A DNA stretch of 64,000 bases from Oopsacas minuta (lineage: Eukaryota > Animalia > Porifera): the NCBI GenBank assembly GCA_024704765.1, contig JAKMXF010000350.1, forward strand, positions 1-64,000, given 5' to 3'. This document shows, piece after piece, positions 47,736 to 60,983 of the stretch. The notes below the pieces were generated by a model. That model searched no databases. It was given only the letters and a program-made list of their open reading frames with translations, and had not been told where the DNA came from. Both the position numbers and the translations under genes were made by a program. How positions within the stretch are numbered: position 1 is the first letter of the stretch; each line of letters opens with the position of its first letter.

Positions 47736-49283
47736 TCAAATACCACAGGTACACTCCCCTGGCATTGATATAGTGTTATTCTTGAAAATACTCCACGTAG
47801 TGTTCCCTACATGAGACAGACAGCACAGATTAGTCGTATTACTAGTTCTCACGAGCACTGTCTCGTAAAAAGGAAGTGACAGTAGTATGCCGACAGCAAG
47901 ACCAATGAAAAGCATGAATATCCCTATAATCCCACCGCTTTCCTTGTCACTAGCATTGAGTTTGGTGGGGATTAGCATGAGGGGGATAGAAGCGAAGAAA
48001 CCGTTACTAACTCCAAATACAGCCACGACTATTTGGAAGATCGGAAATCCAAACTTGAAAGACACCAACGGATTTGAAATCGGGAAAATAAAGATAGCGA
48101 ATAATGGAATAAATAAAATTCTCGTTAAGCTAAGTAGGAGAAGAACACACTGATTGTATTTGACTGGAATTAGTATAACCCAGCGTGTGATGAAGTCAAA
48201 CAGTGTGAATACACATAAAGTTATTATAGGCCCCCAATCACATAGCTGAGATCCACATGTGTAGGCAGCTGTGAGGAAGGTAGGATATAGCAGTAATGTT
48301 ATAATCATAGCAGAGAGAATAGTCAACTGAAGTTTCCAGGTTTTCTTAAATATAATAAACTTCTTTTGTATTGTCAATTTTAGTCCATTAAATTTTCTGC
48401 TTACATTTCCATCACCAAAAGTAGTAGTGTATTCACTGATGAGTGTATCAGTTCTACCTGCGATAACTGACTCATCTTCATCAAAACTATCTGTCGAGTG
48501 CTGATCTAGCACTCTATACTCTATCAGGAAATTTTTCTGAACAAGTTTAAACCAGTAATTTGTATACTTATGCCAGTAAATGAACTTCAATACAGGTATA
48601 CTGACAATCATAAACACTACAGTTAATGCAATGAATATTACCGTATCATAGCTCTCACATGACCCAGCTGGCTTAAGTAATCTAGTACCAACCCTGAAAC
48701 ATGCGATTATGACTCCAGACGCAGTCTCTCCCACTACTAATGCCTGTGTGTACCGAGGAGGTAGCAAGCTAGACAGACCGTAGTAAGACGGCTGTATTAT
48801 ACCTGAACCTATTCCTGATATGAAACCAGATATTAGCGGAACATAGCCTATTGCGTGAGGGGCCGAGTCAAATATCCCTAACGAAGTTAGAACAGTGAAT
48901 AACAAGAAAGAGCTGAGAGATAGAATGAATAGAATATGTCCTGTAACCAGACGTTTTGATAAAGATACCCTGTCTGCTATAATTGTAGTTATAAATGCAA
49001 AACTTAAACTAGTACATAGTATTACTGATACCATAGCCCAGTATAGGAGGTTTAACTCACAAAACTTTTCCGTATAGAAGTCAACTAAGAATAAATATGT
49101 ACTGAATGGCATCAGAAGTGTAGCTCCTTGGAATATAAACGACAAATAAACCAGATTAAATGAATCTTTAGGTTTGTCAGTTATTGTAGTTGTGAGTTCT
49201 TGATAAAATAATTTCCTTTCCTTACCACTGATAATATTCGTTTCTGAGTCATTCTTAGAATTAGAGTTTACGAAGGAATCCAT
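47736..49283 (-). CDS. Equilibrative nucleoside transporter (SLC29, ENT4-like)
   Basis: 515 aa, about 11 TM; SYYGLSSLLPPRYTQALVVGETASG, ITLLLYP, FTLFDFITR, GVSNGFFAS, MLFIGLAVG. Confidence 0.92.
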   Translation of the reverse strand: MDSFVNSNSKNDSETNIISGKERKLFYQELTTTITDKPKDSFNLVYLSFIFQGATLLMPFSTYLFLVDFYTEKFCELNLLYWAMVSVILCTSLSFAFITTIIADRVSLSKRLVTGHILFILSLSSFLLFTVLTSLGIFDSAPHAIGYVPLISGFISGIGSGIIQPSYYGLSSLLPPRYTQALVVGETASGVIIACFRVGTRLLKPAGSCESYDTVIFIALTVVFMIVSIPVLKFIYWHKYTNYWFKLVQKNFLIEYRVLDQHSTDSFDEDESVIAGRTDTLISEYTTTFGDGNVSRKFNGLKLTIQKKFIIFKKTWKLQLTILSAMIITLLLYPTFLTAAYTCGSQLCDWGPIITLCVFTLFDFITRWVILIPVKYNQCVLLLLSLTRILFIPLFAIFIFPISNPLVSFKFGFPIFQIVVAVFGVSNGFFASIPLMLIPTKLNASDKESGGIIGIFMLFIGLAVGILLSLPFYETVLVRTSNTTNLCCLSHVGNTTWSIFKNNTISMPGECTCGI

Positions 49284-51157
49284 TAGAAATTTGGCTACTC
49301 CTTACTTGTATAAATGTCAACTCACGTTATATCTAAAATTCACGATATTACTTCGATATTATTGGTTGTAATTTAATTATAAATCGGGCTTAGGGACAGT
49401 ATTTACATAGCTATTTCTATAATTCGATATAACTAGAATATCTGTATATCCGAGCTGGATATAACAGGAATTGACACTAGTAAACATTAACATTTGTATT
49501 GATAATGGAATAATGCCAATACAAGAAGCAATATCTGCATAGGTATACCGTGGTGTTAAATGAAATGAACTGAAGGAAGACATTTGCTAACAGAGATATA
49601 TAATTATGTGCCTTGTATGTTGATCCAGCGTATATGAACGTGCTAATCTAGTGGTCGAGCTTTCTCCGAATCTTACTCCATTAATATTTGTACACAAACT
49701 GATTACACAATGATCACTTGTAATGTATTGTACGATAGTACATAATGTAATTGTACATAAATGATTGAATGTATGTTTAGAAGATGATAGGTAGTATCAC
49801 TGGACAGAGTCGTGTTAAGCGTACAACTGAACACAATATTACATTGAAATAATTAATATATTCATAATTATCTCCTACTGGTCTGTACTGGTAGTACGTA
49901 TATACCTCTTATAAATACTTTCACTGATTAAATCATGAGTTTGCTACCTATTACTCAATGCTCCACATGATGTTGTCTTGTGAGTATATGTTGAGTATTA
50001 TTACAGTTTGAATGGATTTAAATTGCCTGTTTTGTCGAATTGTTGGATGAGTCAGTTGTCGATTTTCATCTTTATAGGGAAGCGGATTTCTTGGACGAGC
50101 GAGCGTAGAGAGCGAAAATTTTCTGTTGTCCAGGGATTGACGTAACGAAGGTTGGCGTGCATGTTATGTAGATACTAATGATTTGGTCCTTTGATAGATA
50201 ATGTGCCGCCCTGGGCGAAAGTTTATTAGCCAAAAAGAGACGCGTAGCAGCTCGAGTGTCACAGAAGGCCATTGAATGTAATTCGGATTGACCATGGATT
50301 ACAAAAATATTAAAAAGTTCGCTATTTCTTTATTCGAGGCACGTAGTGTCGAGTATATCTGGTCGGTAGCAACCAATAGCACTAAGAAATTTAGCTGTTT
50401 ATTACTTAATCTAATCTGACACTAAGCTGACGAGCGACCTAGCAAGCGAAGCGCGCTAGTAGTAGTTTCATTGGTCAATTAATAAATAATAATAAATATA
50501 GTTACATATTTATCAAATTTTTCATAGATTCCCCCATTTATAGAGTAAATTTCAATGATGATAGACATAACTATCTCTAAAGTATGCCCCATTCCCAAAT
50601 CCCCGCTTATAGAGATTCCCCATTTATGGAGACCTCACCTATAGAGGTTGCACTGTACTTTGTAAACATTATATATTTATACTAATATTATCTATATTAT
50701 TAAATTGCCATTTTTGTCTGTTTGTCCGTTGTCAAGTAAAGGATTTATGGAATGTCCTATCGAATTCGAATTTATCAATACTGAGATGTCGCCTAACTAT
50801 GTATTTATCGTGTATACCAAGAAAGTAGAACAAACTTGAATGAAAATATCGAATATACTGAATCTGATTTTCACGCTTCTAAATTAATCATATGTAAATT
50901 TATTCGTTGTTTTTATGAATATAAAGTTAACAAATAGTTGAAATCTCCAAATATTTTGAAAGAGTTGATCTTAACGTCTACAATGAAGTAACAGAGTATA
51001 ATGAATTTGAATTGCATTTTAAAGTTTCTAATAGTTCAATTTATTGTTGTTGTAATAAATATCTAGTAAACAAATAGTAATATATTAATTCAATTTTACA
51101 TTTTTTTTGACGAGTCCGATGTGAACACAGTGTTGGCAAGCCGCGGCTCGTTATGTA

Positions 51158-54134
51158 CTAAGTTATGAAGTGGATCTCACCACTAGACAGTAGCATGATC
51201 TGATTCTTTGTCTCATCAGAGAATGCTCTTATCATTGTGTCTTTAAGAGTTTTCCCTTCAATATCTGTAGATTTTGGAATAGAATTTTCTAACACAGATT
51301 CCTGATTCAAATAATGATTTTGTTGCGCATACGTATGTGTTTTTTTAGCGTATCTCTGATTTTGTTGAGCGTGTATTTTTTTGTGATCATATTGATCATT
51401 TTGTTGAATCTGATTAAGATTGTATTTATGAATAGAGCCAGTACTCACATCCACTACATATAGTGTATCAATAATTGTAGTTATACAGCAGAAAGGAGAC
51501 ATTTGTTGAGATAAAGTATATAATCCTTGATATTGCAGGTTGTTAATGTTGTACACCTGAATGTAATATTGATTATTATTGGAATTAGGATAACATGGAT
51601 TGTTATTAGCATGCGGGTTTACTGTATGAAGAATCAATAACTCATTGGTTTGTGTAGTAGATCTCACCATATCTACGAAGTTTACATAATCTGTTCCGAG
51701 AATATTTTGTGCATAGGTTCCGAGATTAATTGTTCCCTCCTTAACTCCAGTTTGATAGTTTACTTTATAAATGTTAGGAGATTCAATACAAGGTATGAAT
51801 ACAGAATTGATATCTGAAAATGTGTATAATTTGGGATTAGGAATGGTACCAATTTGATTTATCATCTTTATTTGTTGGAGAACTTTTCCTTCTTCAGAAT
51901 ACACATATATAATATTATCAGAGATAATTATAACGGAAGTATTCAAAATAGCTATAGAAGAGTTTAATTGAAATGAAGCTGGGGCTGTTACTTTAATAGT
52001 TTGTCTTTTTCTCAAGGAATTATGAATTTGTTGATAAGTTTTCCAGTGAGTGCGAAACAACACATAAAATACATTAGTAGATGAATTGTATGCAACATCA
52101 ATTGGGTTGTCAGAGTATACGAGTATTTCCCGAATATTCTTTCGTCCTAGTCGGTAACTCTTATGCTTTTTGGCAACAAAAACTGATTGCTTTTGGGTCT
52201 CTTTAGGATTTTTAGCTTTATATACAGTCAAGAATTGATTCAAAGAATTCTCTATATTTTGTTCAGTTTGATGATTAACATTGACATTGTATGAATCTGG
52301 TGAAATATTGAAATCATTTAGAAACAAAGAAATATCCTGTAACTTGTCTACAGGTCTATTACTGATACCAGTCACATATGAGTACATACTCAACACACCC
52401 ACATAACCTGTGTATGTGACTGTTTGTTTCAGCTGTTGAATAGCATCTTCCAATGGAGTAATCAGTGTTTGATATTTGTTAGACAATTCTTCTAACAGAA
52501 CTGCTTGTCTAATCTCCAGCTGATTGTACAGCTGTTGAAAGAATGTGAGCACCTGTGTAGTCTGTGTATTCCATTTCTTTTCTAGATTTGATTTCCTATC
52601 TTCTAACTGACAAATACGAGAATTAGCTTCTTGTAAACATTCCTCTTGCAACATATTTGTTGATGACGTAATATTAATACCCTCAGAATAAGGATGTAGA
52701 TATTCTTCTGTGAATTTGTATCTTGCTTCTATCCCATCATCTAATTTTGTGGAATATATATATATATATATATGTATGTATATATTATGTGTATTAACAT
52801 TCATTATAAAAGGCTGAACATTACATCCATGTGATGGAAACTATCAGAATATAAAGGGGAATTTTATGCAATTGAGCGGTAAATGTGAAAATCTATATTA
52901 TTAAATTGCTATTGTTATTTGTCCGCCAGTCCGTTCTTTGTCAAGGAAAGGAATGATGGAATGCTAAATTGAACTTGAACCTCGCAATTCAGGAACATAA
53001 CTATGGAGTGCTCAAGAAGTCCGGACATCAGTCTCGGCCAAGATAGATATTAAATTGAGGTAAAATGCTTCTCAACTATCATAATCATAATCGTGAATAT
53101 AAAAGCACTTAAACAACACTGAACGCCAAATCATTAACTAATTCGATAAAAATCGTTCTCGCATTGCGAATAGCAGCTTGTTCATATGCGAATTTGAATT
53201 TGAATATATGAAATTTATTGTTGTTTTTATGAATATAAAAGTAACAAAAGTTCCATAAACTTGGTTTCAACGGTTATACCGGGTAATCGAGTATGCTGAT
53301 TCTGAATTTCACACTTTCTAGGTACTTATGCGTAAATAATTGTTGTTCTAATGAAAAAATCGAGGTACGAAGTGCTGAGTTACATGCGAATAGTGTTCGT
53401 AAGCCCAGCAGCGAGAGCAAGCAATGCGGCTCATTTTTATGAAAGTATACCCAGATTAACCAATCGTTCTGTTTAAAATGAAAATTTCATGAATCGAAAC
53501 AAGCGTTCCTGAAATTTTCAAAAATTATAGTACACTAAATTCTACTGATGCTAGAGATTGCCATAGTAAACTGACATACGTATTGGAGAATACTACCAAT
53601 CAAACTACCTCCTGTAGTAGTAGCTTGTAGACTTGTGAGAATATCCTGTACAGAAGACTCCTGTAGTGTGTGTAGCTGTAGTATGAGATGTCCTATGTTA
53701 TACTTCTCATGACTCTTCATATCAATCTTACAAATAGTAGCTTTACATTCTACACAATAAGCTACAGCTGTCTCACCTGGGTCTCCAAACACACAGTCAG
53801 TACATCTGAGATTATCTGTATTAGTCTTCAGTTGTTTCAGCTTGTTGATTAGTTCTGGTAAAGGATTGCTCTGTAGCTCTAAGCTATCATCCTCGTAACT
53901 GGGACAGAGTGGACACTGTATTGACTCATTTCCTTCTTGTTTAACCTTCTGATCAATACAGGTCTTACAGAATGAGTGTAAACAAGATAGGAATGTAGCT
54001 CTCTTGACAGAATATTGACAGAGATGACAAGTGAATGTCACATCATTAAAGTGTTGCTGTCTCTTACTATCAGCTACTTTATCAGTTTTATATTGAGTCT
54101 CTGTTGGTGGAACCTCAAAAATTCTTGTAGCCAT
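51158..54134 (-). CDS. TRIM-like protein A: RING - B-box - coiled coil - divergent beta-propeller (2 exons, 702 aa)
   Basis: Exon 1 54134-53609 (CHLC..CLHSFCKTC..CPLC RING; CTDC..CVEC..C..D...H B-box), donor GGAG|gtag; exon 2 52740-51158 after aattag; total 2109 nt in frame. Confidence 0.85.
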
Positions 54135-56069
54135 AGGTTATATAATTTATTATGTTTCTATTTTCAAATTCAAAACTAAGGAGCTGTTAGTATGCACGGC
54201 GCTTCGTGACGATCTAAATTAGTGGTTTCAATAAAGCCTTTATTGAAACCACTTTTTGGGCTTCTTTCAGACCGACTAATTCAATCGCGGGCCGCGGTTA
54301 TAAATTTCGGCCCGCGTGCAACTCTGATTGAAACTCAAACTTGAGGCTAAGCCAAGTTTCTTAGTTGCTTTGTCAATCTGACTTTTATACCTTGTTACTC
54401 TGGAAACACGGACTTACTACTTGTGTATTACTGATACGAGTTGTTTGGTGATGTCCCCCAAACAGAGTATTTTCCATGAATCAACTGTTGGTTAGCATCT
54501 TGTAGATTTAAACCCTATCCTGTATCCAAAGTATTTACCCGATTTATTTAAAATTTACTGGTGAATTTTGTACGGGGTTATAGGATGAAAAAGATATGTG
54601 CAAATATATGTTTTAGGCCTTAACACGGTCACAGGAAGATAACCTCAAATTTATCAAATATAGGAAATCTTTCGACATAGAAATATAGTATTAAAAAAGG
54701 GTTGAAATATCTGAATTCTTCAAACAAGCACCCTATGCTGGAAAAAATATCATGGCAGCCCAGAGGCCTATCCAGACTATACCCGGAACCAGTGCTCAAC
54801 AAGATCAAAATTTGTTGGTAGAGATTAGCCACTATTTTTCTCCTTTTCGAAACCTAGTTTATAACCTCAATGTAGAATCTAAATATTTTGGTGGCATATC
54901 CAGTGACGTAACGAGGCTAAGTGTCGCTGGGGGCAAGTGCGAAAAACGCCGCCCCACAAGAAAATTACACTAAATATATTTTAAACAAACCTATTTTATT
55001 AAAACAGCTGGAGTGTTCAAACCTCAAACGTGGGCTCAACCTTAAGATTGCGAGCAATTTGGAATCTAGGAGCGTATGCAGTGATGGATCCAAGAATTTC
55101 TGGTGTGGGATACCCATCTAGCTGGGGTATGGGGTGCAATTGGGCCCCAGATTGCCAGGCATAGTTTTGGGAAAACCTATTGATATATCACTCGAGCTTT
55201 CTTGATTAACTGCGAATATATCTTGAAATCAGTTATAAAAATATTACTCTCATTGTTCAAGAAATAATAAATATTATTGTATCTTATGGCTACCGCATCC
55301 TTTAGACAAATGCTTATACAATATTGTACAATGATCAAACTGTTATATATTAGTATGCGATTGCGTGCAATTTGTGTAATTATGTGGAAAAGTGTAAATC
55401 CGCCCCTATTGCGGGCTCGTATTATGAATGCAACAGTATTTACGTATGAAATGCAAATTTCCTGAGTTTAGTTACCAGAATTGAGGTCCAATTAAGGGTT
55501 CAGATAAATGAATGTCTTTAATGTTAGTCACATTAAGACCTCTAGTAAGCTCCATATGATATATGAGGAGTTTAGAATTATGATATACAACATACATATC
55601 ATCTTTCTGCATTTTACGAAAATAATTTCAACAATTAGAATAATATGACTGTAATTCACTTTGTGCTCGAAAACATCGAATCCGAACACGAATCGAACCC
55701 GATTCTAACTCTGATTTGGTTAGATTTATCTAACTTTCATCATACTCAATCGAAAATGTTATTTAGTCTCAAATTTGAGTTCTAAACGACTAGTAGTAAT
55801 GCTTTGGGGGTCAGATCACTGTCCTGCCTTATACCATCCAGGTGGCCCAGAGATCCAGAGCAATTTACTGCTCCCATGATTGATCACTATTACAACAAAA
55901 CATAATACTAAATCTACATTCCATTCTAAAAGAAACGATAAAATACAGAATCTAAGATTAGGCTAGAGGCATATATACAATCCTAATTCACGATACAATT
56001 ATAATAGATATTTAGTAGCGAATATTAAGCCTTGAGACTACACATAGTTATGTGTGTATAATGCACGTA

Positions 56070-59000
56070 TTAAGTTATGAAGTGGATCTCACCACTAGAT
56101 AGTAGCATGATCTGATTCTTTGTCTCATGTGAGAATGCTCTTATCATTGTGTCTTTAAGAGTTTTACCTTTAATATCTGTAGATTGTGGAATAGAATTTT
56201 CTAACACAGATTCCTGATTCAAATTATGATTTTGTTGAGTGTACATCAGCATTTGGTTATGGCGATTGTCGCTCATTCCGTAATCATAATCAATATCTCT
56301 ATCATAATTTGGTTGAAAATATGGATTATTATTTTGAACATTTTGTTGAATCTGATTAAGATTGTATTTATGAATAGAGCCAGTACTCACATCCACTACA
56401 TATAGTGTATCAGTAATTGTAGTTATACAGCAGAAAGGAGACATTTGTTGAGATAAAGTATATAATCCTTGATATTGCAGGTTGTTAATGTTGTACACCT
56501 GAATGTAATATTGATTATTATTGGAATTAGGATAACATGGATTGTTATTAGCATGCGGGTTTACCGAATGAAGAATCAACAACTGATTGGTTTGTGTAGT
56601 AGATCTGACCATATCTACGAAGTTATATAATCCCATACCCAGATGTTGTCCACCCATGCCCAGATGTTGTCCAGGCATACCCGGATATTGTCCTTGCATA
56701 CCCGGATATTGTCCTTGCATACCCGGATATTGTCCTTGCATACCCGGATGTTGTCCTTGCATGCCCAGATGTCCAAAAAAGCCACCATGTTGTTGTGCAT
56801 AAGTTAAGATATTAATTGTTCCCTCCTTAACTCCAGTTTGATAGTTTACTTTATAAATGTTAGGAGATTCAATACAAGGTATGAATACAGAATTGATATC
56901 TGAAAATGTGTATAATTTGGGATTAGGAATGGTACCAATTTGATTTATCATCTTTATTTGTTGGAGAACTTTTCCTTCTTCAGAATACACATATATAATA
57001 TTATCAGAGATAATTATAACGGAAGTATTCAAAATAGCTATAGAAGAGTTTAATTGAAATGAAGCTGGGGCTGTTACTTTAATAGTTTGTCTTTTTCTCA
57101 AGGAATTATGAATTTGTTGATAAGTTTTCCAGTGAGTGCGAAACAACACATAAAATACATTAGTAGATGAATTGTATGCAACATCAATTGGGTTGTCAGA
57201 GTAATCGTGCATTTGACCAGTTTGTTTGTTAGCAAGTCGGTAACTCTTATGCATTTTGGCAACAAAAGCTGATTGCTCTTTAGGATTTTTAGCTTTATTT
57301 ACAGTCAAGAATTTATTTAAAAAATTCTCTATATTTTGTTTAGTTTGATGATTAACATTGACATTGTATGAATCTGATGGAATATTGAAATCATTTAGAA
57401 ACAAAGAAATATCCTGTAACTTGTCTACAGGTCTATTACTGATACCAGTCACATATGAGTACATACTCAACACACCCACATAACCTGTGTATGTGACTGT
57501 TTGTTTCAGCTGTTGAATAGCATCTTCCAATGGAGTAATCAGTGTTTGATATTTGTTAGACAATTCTTCTAATAGAACTGCTTGTCTAATCTCCAGCTGA
57601 TTGTACAGCTGTTGAAAGAATGTGAGCACCTGTGTAGTCTGTGTATTCAATTTCTTTTCTAGATTTGATTTCCTATCTTCTAACTGACAAATACGAGAAT
57701 TAGCTTCTTGTATACATTCCTCTTGCAACATATTTGTTGATGACGTAATATTAATACCCTCAGAATAAGGATGTAGATATTCTTCTGGGAGTTTTGATTT
57801 TGTTCCAATCCCAGCATCTGAAATATGGGTATACATTATTAATTATAAATTGTTGTTTATTGGTCTGTCTGTTTGTATGTTTGTTCGTTCTCAAGAAAAT
57901 GATTTATGGTATGTATTTTGAATCCAAATTTCGCCCTTTTGAGAAGTTGCATATTTATGTATTTATCGTTTTTTCAAGAAAGTAATTAAATAAAACTCGA
58001 ATATTGTGAATTCGATGTAAATGTTTTTTACGAGCCTGCGATGAACTCGGCGCATTGCGCCTCGAAGTATCCATTATTCTCCAAATTGATGGCCCCTTTG
58101 AGTATTATAATATAGATATATTTAGAACAATGTAATTCACAAATAAGATCAACCCCCTTTGTAGCCGTTTAGAGCAAGCCTGTACGTATATTTTGAGATT
58201 TTGCTAATTTGTTTACTTTATATTCATAAAAACAACAATAAATTTACTTATGATTAATCCAAAAGTGTGAAAATCGGATTCAAGCATGTTCGATATATTT
58301 AGTGAAGTTTATTCGAATTCTATTTACTTCCTTGATAAACACAATAAATACAAAGTTATGCGACAATTTCAAAATTGCATACCATAAATCCTTTCCTTGA
58401 CAATGGACAAACAGAATAATTGAGATTTTATAATATAGATTTTATGAATATAAATTAAGTAAACAAAGGAATCGAAATTTCAAAATATACGTAGACACTG
58501 GCTCTCAACAATTATATTGGCCTAATCAAGTATGCTGAATCCGAATATTACATTGTCAACAACGTATTGTGAACATATGTTGTTTAGTGCATAAAGTAAA
58601 CAAATTTGTAAATAGTCTCAGAAACTTGTTTCAACAGTTATCTGAGGGAACTATGTACCCTCATTCCAAATTTTTCATTTCCAAGTTACTCATATCAGTC
58701 ATATGTTCTTCTTACTATAAAAAATTCTAGGCGCGAAGTGCAGGGTTACAGTTACATGTGAATACAGCTTGCAACCCCGCAGCGCGAGGAAGCGAAGCGG
58801 GCTCGTATTAATGAAAGTATAACCAATGTTTATGTATGAAATGCATATTTACTGATTCGATACAAGGGTTTCTTAATTGCTGGGGTAGCCTGATATTTTC
58901 AAAACTGAGATTGCTATAGTAAACTGACAGTAGTATTGGAGAATATTACATTACTAACTCGACTATCCTATCAAACTACCTCCTGTAGTAGTAGCTTGTA

Positions 59001-59505
59001 GACTTGTGAGAATATCTTGTACAGAAGACTCCTGTAGTGTGTGTAGCTGTAGTATGAGATGTCCTATGTTATACTTCTCATGACTTTTCAAATCAATCTT
59101 ACAAATAGTAGCTTTACATTCTACACAATAAGCTACAGCTGTCTCACCTGGGTCTCCAAACACACAGTCAGTACATCTGAGATTATCTGTATTAGTCTTC
59201 AGTTGTTTCAGCTTGTTGATTAGTTCTGGTAAAGGATTGCTCTGTAGCTCTAAGCTATCATCCTCGTAACTGGGACAGAGTGGACACTGTATTGACTCAT
59301 TTCCTTCTTGTTTAACCTTCTGATCAATACAGGTCTTACAGAATGAGTGTAAACAAGATAGGAATGTAGCTCTCTTGACAGAATATTGACAGAGATGACA
59401 AGTGAATGTCACATCATTAAAGTGTTGCTGTCTCTTACTATCAGCTACTTTATCAGTTTTATATTGAGTCTCTTTTGGTGGAATCTCAAAAATTCTTGTA
59501 GCCAT
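56070..59505 (-). CDS. TRIM-like protein B, tandem paralogue of A (2 exons, 757 aa)
   Basis: Exon 1 59505-58980 (526 nt, same length as in A), exon 2 57817-56070 after tttcag; total 2274 nt in frame. Confidence 0.85.
56634..56774 (-). repeat. Coding 21-bp tandem repeat (six full units + partial) encoding GQ[YH][PL]GM[QPG]
   Basis: CATACCCGGATATTGTCCTTG x3 exact plus variants on the + strand. Confidence 0.95.
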
Positions 59506-60261
59506 TATGTAAGGCCTAATCATTGATTATTTATACAGATTTAAATTACTAAGGAGTTGAAAATATGATATAGCGAATATCCCATACAGTTAAATTATAT
59601 TTATTTATAGGCAGCGGCGTAGCTAGCATTTTCTCTTTGGGGTTACCACTGGGGTTGCTGATAGTAGCTAGGGGTTGCCAGCAACCCCTAGCTATGCTTA
59701 TGTTTATAGGGCATGATTTATCATTATTTAAATTACCCAAGTTGTTATAGACATCAAGTACAACTGAATTGCACACATGCTAACCAGGCTGAGAGAATAG
59801 CGAAATGGAAAGCGGTATTTATTTGCTTCATACGTTGAGTTTTAAATTCCCCCATCAAAAAGTATATCTGTATATGTTTGAAACACTCAGAAACCTTCAA
59901 CCTTTAATCTCAAATATTACCGATACTAGCACATCAACCACGTTTGGTTAAATTTATTAAATTCATATTATTGAGAAAAATGAGATCAAAATTTCAGGAT
60001 CATTTCGTAAATACTAACTACTTCCATTTATGGCATTTTAGTATTCCTACGGTATTCTAAACATATTTGGCAAGGGCTGAGAATTTTCGCACTGGACTCT
60101 ATAATATATTGAAAGGTAGGTAACTGATTATAGCATCACATGAGTAGAATATTAGCGTCTACAACTATCACTAAAATGTGATTCTGGCACACTACGCTTA
60201 GACTTTATACCAAGCTTGACAGTCCTGACAACCAATTCAATTATACCGCTTAATTTTCTTT

Positions 60262-60781
60262 TGAAGAGGGCACTGATGAAAGTTACACAATGAACAAAGA
60301 GTATCGGACTTATCTGACCAAGAATGAATCTCAGAAGTCAGAACCAAACTTACCTGACGAATATAATTTGTCTCGCTTCTTTCGTGATGATTCGGCTATG
60401 CATCTACGCATTTGTTGACAGTAATTTGTCTACGTCTCCTTTGTTAGTTTTCATTACTCTACGATCCCCATCTCAAGATTTTGGTACGATCCCGCTAACA
60501 AAAATATAGGAGTGCGTTGTAGCTTGCTTGTAGACCTAATTCCTTCACAGCAGAGTATGGAAATTAGCATCATTGAAGCAAAGTACAGCTAGAATGACAG
60601 TAGAAAGGTAATTAAAGTGTTAGCAATTATAGCTTGTTATTCATAACCTTACTGATTTTTACAGCGCCCATTGACCCACTGTATCGGAAATTTGTGATGG
60701 ATTGCAATAACTTCTTAGACATCTGAATGAAGAACACGACATATATCCTCCTGAAGATAGTTCATGGTTATTATTTTCACG
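60262..60781 (+). CDS. Candidate exons (degenerate or error-laden) of an unidentified + strand gene
   Basis: EEGTDESYTMNKEYRTYLTKNESQKSEPNLPDEYNLSRFFRDDSAMHLRIC; after ttacag at ~60664, PIDPLYRKFVMDCNNFLD(H)LNEEHDIYPPEDSSWLLFS|gtagg with one base restored. Confidence 0.35.
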
Positions 60782-60983
60782 TAGGTTTGAAGCTTGAGAC
60801 TATTTCTCAAAACTGCGTAATACACATTTGGTTGGATTATTTTCCGATTGACTTTTGCTTTGTGTATTATTAATAAGATGGATACATTTGATCAGGGTAA
60901 TACTCGAAAATAATACTTAGATCCGTATTTGGATTACATAATATTGAGGGTAAGATTTTACAGTTTGCAAATTTAGCCAACGG

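Noticed and set aside
51158-52804. ORFs 51158-52804 and 56070-57836 as stand-alone genes
   Set aside because: Their apparent N-termini are intronic (TA microsatellite, acceptor region); both splice in phase to the RING/B-box exons.
56634-56774. Possible CRISPR array
   Set aside because: Contiguous tandem units with no spacers, inside a eukaryotic CDS; no cas genes.
56587-56802. Cys-rich + strand ORF (CCPGIPGYCPCIPGYCPC) resembling a metallothionein or keratin-associated protein
   Set aside because: It is the antisense reading of the GQYPGMQ repeat within TRIM B, has a non-ATG start and has no independent support.
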